Of a DNA stretch of 64,000 nt, positions 1 through 13,940 are shown piece by piece. This stretch comes from the human T2T-CHM13v2.0 reference genome, Homo sapiens. The first letter of the stretch is position 1. Every line of letters starts with the position of its first letter. The notes under the pieces were generated by a model. The model saw only the letters and a program-made list of their open reading frames with translations. It was not told the origin of the DNA and ran no database searches. The stretch is taken from NCBI RefSeq assembly GCF_009914755.1, contig NC_060926.1. One strand, given 5' to 3'. Made by a program: the position numbers and the translations under genes.

Positions 1-305
<305 letters not shown>

Positions 306-731
306 AGGCCTTAGAACTCACTTTTTAAAATGAATACCTCATTTGCCAACTTTTCTTCTCAGGCTTGATGCCCATAAGGCTTTTGTGGCAATATTATCAA
401 CTGGCAACTAGTTATAATTTTTTTAAACTCAGTGTTTTTTTGAGAAAATGTAATTCATTGCCAATATCAAAATACAGAAGTAGAGACGAGAGACTAACTC
501 TGCCTTGCCTTTGAAAATGCAAGAGATCTGGCCGCAGATCTGAGCGTTTCTTTGTGGAAATGAACATTCTTTCAGGTTTAACATTCCAACAATCCTAGGT
601 AATTGCCTAACTACAGTGGTTTTTGAATTTGCATAATATCCCACAATTTGTTTAATTCTATGCTGATCTGCTGAGCCTTCAAAAGATGTTCTTTCTTTTC
701 TGGACTCAGCTGTAATGCACTGGGCTGGTGG

Positions 732-841
732 TAGGGTAATAAAGTGCCCTGGTTTGCCCTGGACGAAAACCAACAGTGTTTTCTAGATGCGAGTTAAAAC
801 TGGGACTTTCCCGGGCAAATCAGGATGAATTGGTCATCCTA
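732..841. mobile_element. hAT-Blackjack MITE (MER81/MER94-like)
   Basis: 110-bp element with degenerate terminal inverted repeats TAGGGTAAT...CCTGGTTTGCCCTGGAC / TTCCCGGGCAAATCAGG...GGTCATCCTA, resembling the MER81 consensus as recalled. Confidence 0.7.
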
Positions 842-1242
842 GCTGATTAGAGTGTGGGAGTGGGATGGTTTGGGGGTCTTTTATAAGCTGCCGTGTTTCA
901 ACTGACTATTGGGTGGGTGATTGTTTGCACACTTGGGTCATTCTACCTGCTGGCTCAGGTGACTGAGACCCTTGAACTCCAGTAGGTCCATGAGCTCTTC
1001 CTCTTACTCCTATGTACCCTGGTTTCTCTGGGCACAATGCCCAGAGACCAGCCTCGAGGGAAGACCACTGCTCCCAACAATCCTCCTGGCTTACTTGCCA
1101 CCATGCCACTTCCCCTACGTAACGAACCATTGTTGGGACTAAAGTACATCCCTTCAGGAAGAAAACAGCAGCTCTCTACTTTGCATCAGAGGTGAGTGTT
1201 CCAGCCCTAATTGTGTAGAATGGGATGATTTCTTCTGCCCGA

Positions 1243-1390
1243 ACCTCAGTTTCCCCTTCTGCATGATGTGGATATAGACGGGGGGCTGGGGAGGGTCAGA
1301 CCCACCTCGTAGCTTTGTTGTGAGGACGAATAAAATTATGAATGTGAAGGCCCTTTGAAAACTACACCTCTGTACAAAAGTTAATTATTA
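1243..1390 (+). mobile_element. MIR SINE fragment
   Basis: MIR core CCTCAGTTTCCCC..CTG and GTTGTGAGGA..AATAA motifs. Confidence 0.7.
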
Positions 1391-3199
1391 TTAGACAACA
1401 AAGGCAGAGGAATACATCCAAAGAGGGCAAAGTTAAAATGTCCCTAAAGTTTTGCTGTGGAAGTCGGTTCCTTTAATCCTTTCCCAAAGGAGCCTTGGAG
1501 AGGAAAGGGCCAGTGAGCCCGTGCCTGTGGGTGCAGGCGTGGGTGCAAGGGTAGCAGTGGGGCAGGGGTGTCTGTGAGGGCAGCAATTAACATTCGTTGA
1601 CCCAGAGAGAGGGGAGAGTCAATGGCAGAAGGCCAGCACCCCAGCAGAACTTCCAGCAGCGACTTCATCATTTTGCAGAGGGCAGAAGTGTTCAGGGCAC
1701 TGGCAGTTTTCGCTCCACCCTCTCCCCTCACAGACTTGCCCAATCCTGCCGAAGCCACGTGGGATTTCAACCCTGTCCCTGCACTCAGGAAATGGCCAAC
1801 AGCCTGCCCTGGGGCCTCCTGGTGGCAGTGCCTGAAAATCAATCATTAATTATTCCAGGTTCTCCACCTCCCTAGGCTTTGAAAACTCAGAAATAGAAAT
1901 ATAGGTCCTGGCAGGTGAAAGGAAAAGAGCCACTGGTTGGGCTGCCGAGGGCAGTTTGGAAGAAACCACTGGTGGCATTTGTCCAGTTGGTTTGGGTAGG
2001 GATGTGTCCTGGGCACTTGTCCCTTGGGCTCTTTGCCCACCCCACAGCCTTTGGCAGCAGTTGCCTGGGCTTCTGGAAGGAGACCCTGGTACTTACAAAT
2101 GGGTGGAAAAAAAACTTCCTGGGGACACAAAAAGGAAGGTGACAGAGGGAGATAAAAGGATTGACGTACACAGCTCAATTTTTTTCTCTAGTAATCATAG
2201 TTTTTTTTTTTTTTTTTTTAAGTTAGAAAAAATGAGCTAGACCCTTTTGGCAACCCATCTTGCAGATGAGGAAACTGGATTCTAGGGAAGGTAAGTAGAG
2301 AGCAAGGCCACCCAGCTAGCAGACAGCCAACTAGGTGGCCAAATAAAGCACCAGTGACTCAGGCTTTGCCTTAAATATTATAAATTCTACTCACTTCAGC
2401 CTAGTTTCTGCTACTCTCCACACCTGCCCCTTCCCCTCAGGAAGGAAGTTTCTGGAACCCAGGGAGTGGCCAGGGTGAGGTCAGACCCCCAAGGCTGGAA
2501 AACTTTCCTACCACGGGAGAGGAGAGCAGCTCACCGGGCAGGAATGCCCTCCCCTCAGCTAGGCCCCTGTGGTCCAGCCCAGAGCAGCAGGAGTCAGGAC
2601 GCAGGAATCCTCTCAGACCAGTGCCAGGGCCCTGGAGTGGCTGCCTTCCTGACAGCTGTTCTTGGGGAAGTGCCAAGGAAAAAACCCAGGCCCAGGGCTT
2701 TTCATCAGATTCAGGGTTGGCTTTTGTTCTTTATGGCCTTGGAATGCCAGCAGTTCCTGCTGTGGGCACAAACCACGGAATAGGGCCTATCCTCCCCAGC
2801 TCCTGGCAGTGCCCAGGGGCCTGGTGAAGGGACCAGAGACTCTGCAGGTTTGAGTGGGGCAAGGGAACGAGGTTGAGGCATAGAGAAGATTCAAGAGATC
2901 TAACTGGCCTTTTGCTTACCCCAGGAGGGCTTCTGGCACATTCTGAGTGCAGTAAACTTGGGTGCTTCGCCCACTCCTTCATGGGGCTAGGCTCACTACA
3001 GGGCTGTGTCCTCTTGTGTCATGTTGTGGACCACACAGTGCCTGCCTTCCCTGCATCTGAAGGAGCAGACTTGAGGGCTTAGGGGTCTGGAGCCCCGTTT
3101 TCCTTTCTATGCTTCAGTGGCTATCCTTGCTACTCATGGCCCCCACACCAGGGTGGACATACCATTACCCCAAGAGAATGCTAAGCATGGTATTTCCTT

Positions 3200-3425
3200 C
3201 TAATAACAACAGTTACTACTACTGTTATTTACTAAGTATTACTTAATGCCAGGAACTGTGGAGTGCCTTATACACAGCCCCATTTATCTTTCACAACACC
3301 CAGTGAAGCCAGGGCTTTAAGGCAACTGGGCCACAGAGGGTGCTCTGGGTCACCCAATTGCTGAGCAGCAGAAGCAGGATCTGAACTCAGGTCCATCTAA
3401 CACCTGAACCAGCATTCTCTTCACT
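3200..3425 (-). mobile_element. MIR SINE
   Basis: ATTTACTAAG..TGCCAGG start and GCAGGATCTGAACTCAGGTC end, typical of an antisense MIR. Confidence 0.65.
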
Positions 3426-4064
3426 ACCCTATGGAGTAGCTCCAAGGCATGGACAACTGTAATAACTCCAAGGAAGCATTAGAATAAACTAGAAAATAAA
3501 CTTAAAAAACAGTGTCAGTGTTAGGGGCCACTAGTGGACTGTTGAGAAGAAGCTTGACCCCAGTAACGAGACGTGTGATTTTTAGGCCCACAGGGTGGGT
3601 AGGTAACTGAAAGGATGTAAAGGAAATCAAAGGCTGGGATCATGGTGAATCCCATCGCTCTCCGACTGAACTCCTACTGTGCTTGCAAAGCACAGACACA
3701 GAACACACTTGTGGCAAGAATGAGTGAGTCATCCATTTACACATTTTCTAAACTTGTTTTAAAATTCTTTCTATTTTTAGGCCTACCATATTTTATGTCA
3801 CATAGCGTTTCCTATTATTTGTTCCAAACACCACTCCTTTGAACCTCCTGGAGTGTGCTGTGTCCGTGGTAATTTCTGTTCACTTTGTCCACATTCCCTG
3901 AACTTTATAGATTTTGATCCCATCTGCTCTGAGATTTTATTTTTTTAAGTAGAATCACTTGCTCCAGTGAAGATGGCCTAGAGTCTTGAGAGAATGATTT
4001 TTTTCCTATTTGGGGTCTGGTACACTTTCTTCCATAATGCAGAGAGACCATAGGGGTCACACTG

Positions 4065-4272
4065 CTGGGCTGGGAATCTGGTGGCCAAAGCCGGAACCCT
4101 GGCACATTCTCATACTGGCTGTGTGACCTTGTGCCAATCACTCAACTTCTCTGAGCCAGAGTTTCTATGTCTGAAGACTGAGACTAATAATGGTACTTCT
4201 CTCGTAAGATATTATGATATTTAAGGCAGACAAAGTGTTTGTAGCACAGTGAGTGCTCAATAAACGTTAGTG
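4065..4272 (+). mobile_element. MIR SINE
   Basis: GCTGTGTGACCTTG...CACTCAACTTCTCTGAGCC core and GTGCTCAATAAACGTTAG 3' end. Confidence 0.8.
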
Positions 4273-4729
4273 GCTGAAAGTCGAACTAGCCACAAGAAAG
4301 ATGTCAGAGAAGCATTGCTCATGGACCTTGGTGTGGTGTCACAGTCATTATACCAGGGATACCGAGAGAGAGAGAGGTCCCAAAAATGGCAGCGGGGCAA
4401 GGCGGCTGGGGAGAAGGGGCAATGAGGGCAACCTGAGGAGGTGGTCTCTCAGGTGTGAGTGAGCTGATTCCTCCCTTCCATCCTGGATCTGAGTGTGCAC
4501 TCTCTGGGGCTCAGGAGTCTGCTCTTACGGTGTCCAAGACTACAGTCACAGACAAGAGCCTACTCCAGCAGCTCAATGGGCTGCCAAGTTCTACTGTCTG
4601 AGAACCCTCTGAGTTCTGAGAGAGTGTTGCATGCTACCAGAGACCTGTGGCTCTGGAGAGCAGAATCCAGAATAGAAGACACCATTCCCATGGCTTCCAG
4701 AGCCATGGCATTCCAGGCTCAGTTTCCCC

Positions 4730-4786
4730 ATGAACCCAGGAGGTGGAGGTTGCAGTGAGCCAAGATAGTGTACTCCACAAAAAAAG
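4730..4786 (+). mobile_element. Alu right-arm fragment
   Basis: TGAACCCAGGAGGTGGAGGTTGCAGTGAGCCAAGAT followed by ACTCCA and a short A-run; internally deleted. Confidence 0.8.
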
Positions 4787-5589
4787 ATTGTTCTGTAATG
4801 AACTGTATGCATAAATATTTTCCTGGAGAGATGAGAAGTGACAAATGGAACTGTGGGAGTACAGGTTGGGCACCTTTAGAATGAATATGGACAAGTTGGC
4901 TTCCCTTAAACCTAGTCTGTCTTGTCTTTTTGCAGCTTTTGAATATCCCTTTAAAGATTAAAGGTAAGCAGGTAGGGAAGTGTAAGAAGGGAGTACCTGG
5001 AGAGATTCCCCAGTCCAGGGCCATTGCCATTTTCCAGGCAGTGACCAAGGTGTACAGAAGTTTAGGATGCGCGTCCTGACTAGGTAATGCTCCTGCTCCT
5101 GAAAGGAGCCTTGACTGCCCACAGGTAACCAGGAAATAAAGAGAGGGTACACGTCGACCCCCTGAGATCCTCAAGCCACTTTGACAGGTCAAATTAGGTG
5201 ACTGAGTTCAGTCTTATGGTTTCTTGTTCAGGATTCAAGAGATAGCTGTACTGCCATGTTTGAAACTTAGTCTCTCCATTCTAGAGCCCAAGGATTTGTG
5301 AGTTCTGGAAAGCACCCTGGACTCAAAGTCAGAGAGACCTGGGCTCGTGATACCGCCCTGCTCTGAGCAGTGTGACCTCAAATTCTCAGGTTTCTCACAC
5401 TTAGTAAAACTATACATGTAACAGCCACATCTCATTAGCAGGGTGACATGAAAATGATTTGTTAACTATTAAGAAATGGAGAAAAGTAAGCGATGAGGCA
5501 ATTATGATGATCAATATAGGGCCATAGTTCCTTTACCAGGACAGCCCTTTCTATTTTCCTGTCTTCCTCCCCTTTGATGTATTTAGCTG

Positions 5590-5991
5590 TACAAGCATTT
5601 ACTGAGCATCTACTAAGTGCTGGACTATCTACTAGGACCTGGGAACACAGTGGTGACTGAAACAAGAACCATGTCCTCATGGAACAAATAAACAGATCCT
5701 GGTAGGGAGGTGTGCTTCATGCTGTAATGTGGCTGGAGTGTAGAGGGGGAGGTGCGGGGAGCAGTGAGGGTACCCCACAGAGTCTTGACTGTCCAGAAAA
5801 AGAGACCTCTAAGCAGAGACTAGAAAGAAGAGTTGGAATCCACCAGGCAAATGTGAGAATGTGAAGGTAAAGGTGGAATGTTCTGGTACTGGCAGAAAAA
5901 GGTCCAGAAGTCAGAGAGGGCCAGGTACATTTAGGGAACTGAGTTCAGTGTAGTGGGAGATAAAAATACAGTAATAGAGTGCATGTTTGTA

Positions 5992-6022
<31 letters not shown>

Positions 6023-6330
6023 ATCTGCAGTGAGAGCTGAGAGATGGGTCTGGGAAAGTGTGTTGCGTTAGATCACAAAAATCTTTGTAGGATGTTGAGA
6101 AATTTGGACTTCATACTAAAAAGCAAAGGGATCTTAGCTGGGGAAAGTGAAGGAACAGACATGTTTTGGAAAGCTCTTTCTGGCTACAGTGTGGCGAATG
6201 GATTGGAGGAGGCCAGGCTGCAGGCAGGGTGGTGTGTTGGTGGGGCACTGTGTTCCCATAATTCTAAGGGATGATGGCAGCCCTGAGGATAGAGGGAAGT
6301 GGTGATGGGGATGAGTGGGGAAATATTGTC
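5590..6330 (-). mobile_element. L2 LINE 3' region
   Basis: CATTTACTGAGCATCTACTAAGTGC (antisense L2 tail) followed by purine-rich L2-like body; contains a (GT)13 tract. Confidence 0.65.
5997..6022. repeat. (GT)13 microsatellite
   Basis: Seen directly in the sequence. Confidence 0.95.
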
Positions 6331-6639
6331 ATAGTCAGCTTTTGACTCTCAGTTCTATCCTTGACTGGTGGTGATGGGCTGCAGCCCTGTGAAGACCAGA
6401 ATGAGTGTAAGCCCCATCCTATCCTCCCATGTCCTTTGGTGAGCTTCAGCTTCCCCAAGCCCAGTAGTCACTGCAAGCAGATATAACTCCTCCCACCTCA
6501 AAATCTTCCAGTGGCCCAGGGGAAGTTTCTGTTTGATGACAGTCAGATCAGAGAATTGAGGAGGGGATGCTGGTCTAGGACCAATATTGCCATAGATGGG
6601 CTGATGGGATGCTTGATCCCTCACCTCCAAGTCTTGGCT

Positions 6640-6950
6640 CCAAGATCAGCTTCTCAGGGAACTCTTCTCCAGTCCCCCTATTGCAAACCAGCCCTGCCTC
6701 CCCCACCACCCCACCACTGGCTTTATTCCTTTCTGTCTGCTTTATTTCTCTTCACCATTTGACATATTGTCTGCTTCGCTTATTTATTTGTCATCTATCT
6801 CCCCCTAGTAGATGGTAAGTTACATGAGGGCAGGAATTCTTGGTAGTTTTGTTTACTGCTGTATCCCCAGTGCCTAGAACAGTGTCTGGCACAGAGACAA
6901 TGCTCAGTAAAAGCTTGTGCTTACACGAGTGTTCGATGGAATGACTGAGT
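6640..6950 (+). mobile_element. L2 LINE 3' end (L2a-like)
   Basis: CATGAGGGCAGG...ACTGCTGTATCCCCAGTGCCTAGAACAGTGTCTGGCACA...GCTCAGTAAA, the canonical L2 terminus. Confidence 0.85.
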
Positions 6951-8102
6951 GGCAAGGGTAACACAATGGCCTCATTGTGATGGTGTGGTGCTGGGTGCTG
7001 GGCACACAGCAGTTAATAAGATAAACACTGGACTGAAGTCTTAGCCATGCCTGCCCCTCATTGGTTCTTGGCAGCTAGTGGCAGAAGCAGAAACTCAGTA
7101 GCCTTTTATTGTTTACCTGGGCATGCTGCCTGCCTCTCTCTTTTTTCTGGATAGCTGAGGACCCTCTGAGTAGAATATGGGTGAGAATTGGGCACAGACC
7201 ATGGGCAGGGTCAGGGAGTGACTTCCCCAGATCCCAAAGGCAGTGGGAGACAGCCAGACCAGTCTCCTCCTCATCGGCACTCAGTCTCACCACCAAAGGC
7301 TCCAAATCTCTGGGCAAAGGTTATAGCACCTGCTGCCCAGGGAACATGTGACCACTTGAGCGCTGCTGGGTTGGAACAATCCACACAATCAGGCCATTGT
7401 ACTAAACATGCAGGTCTCCTTGCCAAGCCACACCTCATTCCAGCACTGCCAGACCCTTTTGGGGCCCTGATTTACAGGTGCCCCGAAGGGGGAGGTATTG
7501 TTCTAATGGCCCTGCGGGAGGATGAGGTCACTTCTGTGGGACTGTCTTACTCTGGCCTGCGCTGAGATCCAGGGAGAAGTAGATGGGAGAAGGAGTAAAT
7601 AACCGCTTTATAGCTTCAGGCCCTATGAGGAGTGGTAGACAAGATCATCACTGTTTGACTCCTGATGACATTGGCATTGACTATTGTCCTCCAACATTTG
7701 CTTTGCTTGGTGAAGACTGTTGAGCACTTGCTGATTTTTCAGAAGTCCAAAAGATTCTCTTCTGTCATGACTGGGTCCAGAAATTCCCATCAAGTCACTA
7801 TCCGTTCTTGAAGATCTTCTTTCCCAGAACTGGTTCTCAGCAGACCATTAGACAAGGATTTGGTGCTACTGAACTCTTGATCTGTCCAAGATTGTGTTGG
7901 TTATTGTCCTTCTAGGAGCAAGGAGTTCTACAGGGCTTTGTACCCTGTTGACACTCAGGCCAAGGTCACTGGTAGGTTTCACTCCACAGGACCATTCAGT
8001 TACTGCAAGGAAGTCCCTGCTTGGGCCGTTTATTTTTTTCTTTATAAGTAACCCCAAAGGAGATGGCATGATGACGTAGAATCCAAATTGACTAAAGCAA
8101 CC

Positions 8103-8407
<305 letters not shown>

Positions 8408-9029
8408 TAGGAACCTTGGTTCTAAAAGGCAAGTGAATAAGGATATACCTTTGCTTGGTACGTTGCAAGATATTTGAGTGCCTGGCATGTAGTGAGTACT
8501 AAAAAAAGGTGAATCCGAATCAAGAAGCTTAAAGCCAACCAGGGCCATTGTGGGTTCTGGATATTAGTTATAGGTTCAGAGATATCAGTTCTGCTTTATC
8601 CCCAATCCTCATCATACCTTTCCTCAAAGAGAGGGGAAGAGATGGCGCCAGCACTCACCCTTTCCCATCTTCACTTGCAGGAAAGACACTGGTTTAGAAG
8701 TCAGGACCCAGGCATCTGAGATGCCCTTGACCCTGACCCTGGCTCTTGGGGCCCAGCAGGTGGTCTCTGTGTCCCATGTTTTGTCTCTCCAGAGTCATCC
8801 TCCAGGGGAACACACACTCACCCCGACCATGGGAAGGGAGGTCTGGCTAAAGGAGGAGGCCACTGCAATGACTGAACACCTACTTTGTGAGCAAGCACCA
8901 ACTATGTGTCAGATGCTGTCCAAAGTGCGGTGTGTCCAACATTTTCACCATTCTTGGTGCCTTATCTCTAAGGAAAAAGGTCTGCAACCTTGAACTTCTG
9001 AGTTGGACTGTCTTGGAGACTCCTCTATG

Positions 9030-9200
9030 CAAGTTACTGTGGGACCTTACAGGTGATTTAGCCCTTCTGGACCCCCAGTGACCTCACCTGTGGAATGGGG
9101 ATCATGAGAACACCTTCATTTCAGGAGTTGTGTGAGGATTAAATGAGATGATGAAGGCATGGCACAGGGCTTGTTATAAGGGCTCTGCAAATTTTAGTCA
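9030..9200 (+). mobile_element. MIR SINE
   Basis: CTCACCTGTGGAATGGGGAT...GTGAGGATTAAATGAGATGATG motif. Confidence 0.75.
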
Positions 9201-9699
9201 TGCGGGTGATGATGAAGAAGAAATGCGAGTGCTCTAAAGGCTCCCCAAGGTGTTATCCTTGGCTTCGCTGCTGCCTAGAATTTGCAGCGGGGCAGCAAGA
9301 AGGCCCTGATGCTGGCAGTCCTGGGAAGCCTGAGTGTTTCTCACTTGCCTAGTGGCCTGGGGACAATCACTTTCTCCTTCCGCACCTTCAGATCGGGGTC
9401 TGAGGGTTGAGTCCCCAGGGCTCTGGGTCAGAGGCACAATGTCAGAGTTGTTCCAAAGGACAGAAAGTCCCCTCTCCTCCAGGCGCCCAAGCCACACCCT
9501 TAACTCCTCTGGGTCAGGCCACCTCCTGTCCCCTCTGCCTGCTGAAGGTGGGAGGAGTAGGGAGGAGGGGTGGGGTAGCAGAGGAGAAGGGCCCTGGAGG
9601 AACGGCGAGCCCCTCCAGGGCCAGGGTGTCTCTCCCCCTCCCCGCCCAGAGCACAGCGGACTTGCTCTAGTTCTCTCCTCCCAGCGGCTGGGTCTCCAG

Positions 9700-10060
9700 G
9701 TGCCTTCCTTTAATTAAAAGTATTTAGCCTTCCGCTACACTGGCCTTCATTTGCATGGGATCCTTCTTTTTATGCAGCCTCAGTATCAGAACGAGCCAGG
9801 AGGTTAACGGAGCGTCGTCGTGCAGCGTCCCGGGACACCAGGGCCCAGCGCGCGCTCTGCTTCCCGGCGCTGCCCTCTGGGACTCCGCAGGCGGCGGCTG
9901 TCACGGGGCTGGAGCTGTCAGGTTTCCAGCCCGGGAGCTGTCAGGTTTCCAGCCCCTCCGCCCCGCAGGGCTGGGCCTCCGGCGCGAGGAGAGGCGCAGC
10001 AGGTTCCCCATCCTCCCCTGGCAAAGCGCGTTCACAGCCCGCCTCTCCATGGGCTGAACG
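9700..10060. promoter_or_regulatory. Small CpG island, candidate promoter or enhancer
   Basis: GC- and CpG-rich repeat-free block at ~9790-10060 in a CpG-poor background; octamer ATTTGCAT at 9749-9756 and TTTAATTAAA at 9709-9718 just upstream. Confidence 0.55.
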
Positions 10061-11569
10061 AAGGAGGAAGACAGCTGTTTTCTGATCACCTACGTGCTCC
10101 AGACACTGGACTGAGTTCCATGGGTATTCCAGGGAAGGACAGTCACAACTCCTGCCTGGAACTCATAGCTCCTCAGGAGGAATCTGTATTGGTGTCTACA
10201 CAAAGGACTATGACATCAGGTAGCAGGTGGTTAAAAACTGCAGGAATGTTTCACCCGAAGTGGCACTGCTTGTTAGAGAAAAGCGGGACACGAACTGTCA
10301 GCGGCAGATCCTTACAAATGTTTTTTGTTTGTTTTCTTAGATGAACATTCTGATGCTTAAGGTAATCAGGCAAATTCACCAAGGCCATGTAGATGGTGGC
10401 AGGCGGGCCTGGGGTTTAAACCCCAGCCAGCTGGTCTCCCAGGTCCATCTTTTCCCATTCAGGAGAGGAAGCTGACTGCGTGAGACCAGACTCCTTTCCC
10501 TCCAAGTACTTGCGCTCTGATGGAGGCTCAGACACAGACCTGGGAGACTCGAGATCACGGTGTTTGTTTCTGACTCCAGTCGCCTCTGTCTCATGGTTCT
10601 GGCTTCCTCAACCGACCTGAGGTTTTGTCTGTAAACTGCTCCTGGCCTGCTCACTGTCCCACTCCAGTTCCTCTCCATCCCCAGGCCAACATCCACCCCT
10701 TCCAGCTGCCCCAGGGTCTTAGGGACCAAGGGACAAGAGCAGGAAGGAGGCCTGATTCTTACAGATAAGGAAAGGGAGATGCAGAACAGGGCTTCTCCAG
10801 TTCTGCTGAAGTTTTTACTCATTACCCCAGACTGACTCAGGAGTCCCACCCCCCTCACTTCTGTAAGCTAGTTCGGATGGTCCTTTTCTACAAATTTCTC
10901 TTCCTTGGACTAGGAGACAGGCATCATGGGGGTGGGGTGTGGTAATGGGGGTTGCTGTGTTTCATTTCCATGCAGAGCGTCTGATGCAGAGTAGACAGCC
11001 AATATATAGTGAATGAATGAATGGATGGGTCATAGATTGGGCTCAGAAGTAGACGTAGACGCCCATGTAAAAGACAGAGGAGGAAACAGTGTGCACGAAA
11101 ATGTGGAAGGGGTGTGGAATCCCTTAGCCACCAGCATTCTGTAGTCTTCCAGAGAGTAGACACCAGAGGTCATGCCACAGCCCCTCCCGTGATGCTCCTG
11201 AGGAAAGCAGGCAACATTTCCTCTCACTTTGCTCTGTGGAGCCTCTGGTACTGGGAACCTAATGGACCACATTGCTGTCTGGAGTCAGCCCAAAAAGACA
11301 GCCAGTTAATACACTTCTAGGTCTGGGGTAGACCTAGGTCCAGGGACGGGAGAAGGAATGATGAGCTCAGGATTTATATTAGAGGTGTGTTTTCAGCACG
11401 TCTTTAGTCACTCCTTCCCCTTCCCTGCCCACCGGTGAAGGACCTAGAAGATGGAAGTCTTTCATTAGCACTTTCTCAGCCATGCACCCCGAGTGGGCTG
11501 AGCTCTCGTCTCACATCTCCTTTGCCACGGGTGCTGTGCTGAGTTGGGGGAAGGCGGGGAGACTGCTTG

Positions 11570-11790
11570 AAATAATGGCAGCATTCATATCCCAGAGTAA
11601 TTTAATAACATTATCTCATATCATTTTCATGAGCAATTGATGAGGTAACTGTTGATCTGTTTTACGGATGAGCAAAGTGAAGCTCTGATGAGCTAAACAC
11701 CATACCCAAGGTCAGGTCATTTAATGACTGTGTGCAGAAATCAGGACTTGGACCCAGGCCTTCCAATTCCAGAGTCTGTCTCTGGGACTG
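11570..11790 (-). mobile_element. MIR SINE
   Basis: TTTACGGATGAGCAAAGTGAAGCTC...CCCAAGGTCA...GGACTTGGACCCAGG. Confidence 0.7.
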
Positions 11791-12819
11791 GGGAACACCA
11801 TCAGGAAGGGAACTGGAATCTGGACAAGATTGAATCCCCAGGCTTTGCCCAGGAAAAGTGGAATCTTCGTGAATAGGTCACTTGGAAGAACAAGACAAGC
11901 GTCTTGCTTGAAATGACACCCAATAGGTCAGGTCTCTTCTCTATCTCAGGCACTGTGACTTTAGAGATGTGTTAAAACACAAATATTTTTGTTGGGAGTA
12001 GTGTGATGATATTAAGCCAAAGGCTCAGCAGAGTTATTAGCAGACACTGGACCCTTCAATGAGCTTGCCATCACTCAGAAACCAGAGAGCATGACCCTCA
12101 GGGAATAGATCTTTAGGGCAGGTGCAATTTGATGGAGATGCAGGCAGGCTGGGAATGGGAAGGGAATGAGGACAAGGATCTGAACAGTGAGCTCTGTGAG
12201 TGGTGGGATTCTGAGGGCTGCAAGGAGAACATTCTTAGAAGCTTTCTGAGGCCAGAACCTGGGACTGCCTTATCCTCTCTGAGTCCCCACTGACCTACAC
12301 AGCTCCTGGTACATGTAGGTTCTCAATAAATATTGAAAAGCAGTAAGTAGTAATTGAGTGTTCCAAGAAGAAATAGTTGAGAGAGAAGATATGGAAGTAG
12401 GAGAGCAGACTGGAAGGCAGCTTTCATGTAGGCGAATTCCACTTTAGGGTTGGAGCCATGTGAGAGGGAGTGAGGTGGTGTGTACAGGTCAGTGTGAGCC
12501 GAAGCTCCAGTTTTCTCATAGTGCTTTCTTCACCTCCAAATGGACATTTCCAAAACATTTTTAAAAGGTTTTGTTGATTTTGTTGTTGAATATAAAATTG
12601 GGCTTACCCTGGAGTGGGTTGTGCTAGGGGTGGGAAAGGTGCTGGCTTAGTGGAGTGCAGACAGGTCCTCAACTGATTTAGGTGAAAAGAAAGGTCTTGA
12701 TGGGTCTAGAGGCCCAAGGAATACCAACCCTGCACAAGGGAGGCTTGTTTCCACCCAGTGCAGACATAATAGCACGAGCAGTGCCAAAGGTCTTCTGGAA
12801 ATTGTATTCTATTCACTGA

Positions 12820-13330
12820 CACTCTTTAGTTGAAAAAATGGCAACCAATTAGGCCCAATTAGGCAAAAAATATAGGAGATGGGTTATAGAGATGCAGAGA
12901 TGGGTTATGGAACCCAAGGTCAATGATGCAGCTGAGTTTCAGAAATGGCCAGAACCAGGACCCAGAAGGTCACTCACTGGGCTGCTGGCCATCTCTTTTC
13001 CTTCCTTCCTTCCTTCCTTCCTTCCTTCCTTCCTTCCTTCTTTCCTTCCTTCCTTTCTCTCTCTCTCTCTCTTCCCCAACTCTCTCTCTCTGTCTCCCCC
13101 TGCTCTGTTTCTATTGGAGCACTGGCTTCTCCTTCTGTATCTCTGCAGAGAAGTTCTCTTTTCCATCAGGCAAAAGGCAGGTCCTGAGATTATCCATTAG
13201 ATCCTCACGAAGAGAGTGACCACTCTTCTTTCATCAAAGAGAATCCTCATCCCAGCCTGTGTTGCTTGACACCCTGGTCCAGTCCGCTCTCACTGAGGCT
13301 ATTGGGGGTTCATTTTTGTGAATAAAGATT
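12820..13330 (-). mobile_element. Old MaLR LTR (MLT1K/J-like), degraded
   Basis: TTAGTTG...CAACC...TTAGGCAAAAAA start resembles the MLT1K terminus as recalled; hosts a (TTCC)n tract. Confidence 0.45.
12998..13071. repeat. (TTCC)n/(CT)n polypyrimidine microsatellite
   Basis: About 14 TTCC units with one interruption, followed by a CT tract. Confidence 0.95.
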
Positions 13331-13599
13331 GCAGTTCTCAGAGAATAGGAAGTCAAGATCTTTTGGGCTGCTTAGACATCTCGAAGATACTCATTGAGGG
13401 TGCTTTCTCGGATGGCTTGGGAGTTTTCTAAATATCTGTTTGTCATAATTTACCTATCCAGTGTGCTGGGACTGACTGAAAGGTTGTTATATTCTTAGGT
13501 GGGACCAATAGGAAAAGCACATCCAAGATAAAAGTGCTATATTTCCTCTATACTTCTTTGAGTTGCACCACACTTGGGTTAATAGCTCCATTCTAAGCA

Positions 13600-13920
13600 T
13601 TACCTACAAAGAAGGAGACTGAGAAAGAGAAACAGAAAGGACTAGGAACCATGAGAACAGTGTAAACCATGCCCACTGAGGATGAATTATAGGAATGAAG
13701 GATATTTTGCCTAAAAAATAGAAGACTGAGGGTGAAATAAAAGTCCTTTTTAGAAAACTAGACAGTGGTTATGAGGAGAGAGAATCCATATGCTTGGTGA
13801 GCAATGTGTGAACATCGTGGACAAGTCAGTTTTGCTTAAGTCTGAGCAGCACGTTTGAAGTAGTTGATCGGCCCACACTGTAATGGGCATTACCTTAGGG
13901 GAAGTTAATGGCCTATTGCT
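13600..13920 (+). mobile_element. L3/CR1 LINE fragment
   Basis: AAACCATG...TGAGGA...GGATATTTTGCCT...AGAAGACTGAGGG matches the CR1/L3 3' region as recalled. Confidence 0.55.
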
Positions 13921-13940
13921 ATGCTACAAGTCTTCTTTAA

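Noticed and set aside
7620-7900. Coding-looking stretch as a pseudogene exon
   Set aside because: The minus-strand frame I translated has stops and no recognisable protein similarity.
9755-10344. 100- and 174-aa ORFs over the CpG island
   Set aside because: GC-driven open frames running into L2-like sequence; no homology recognised.
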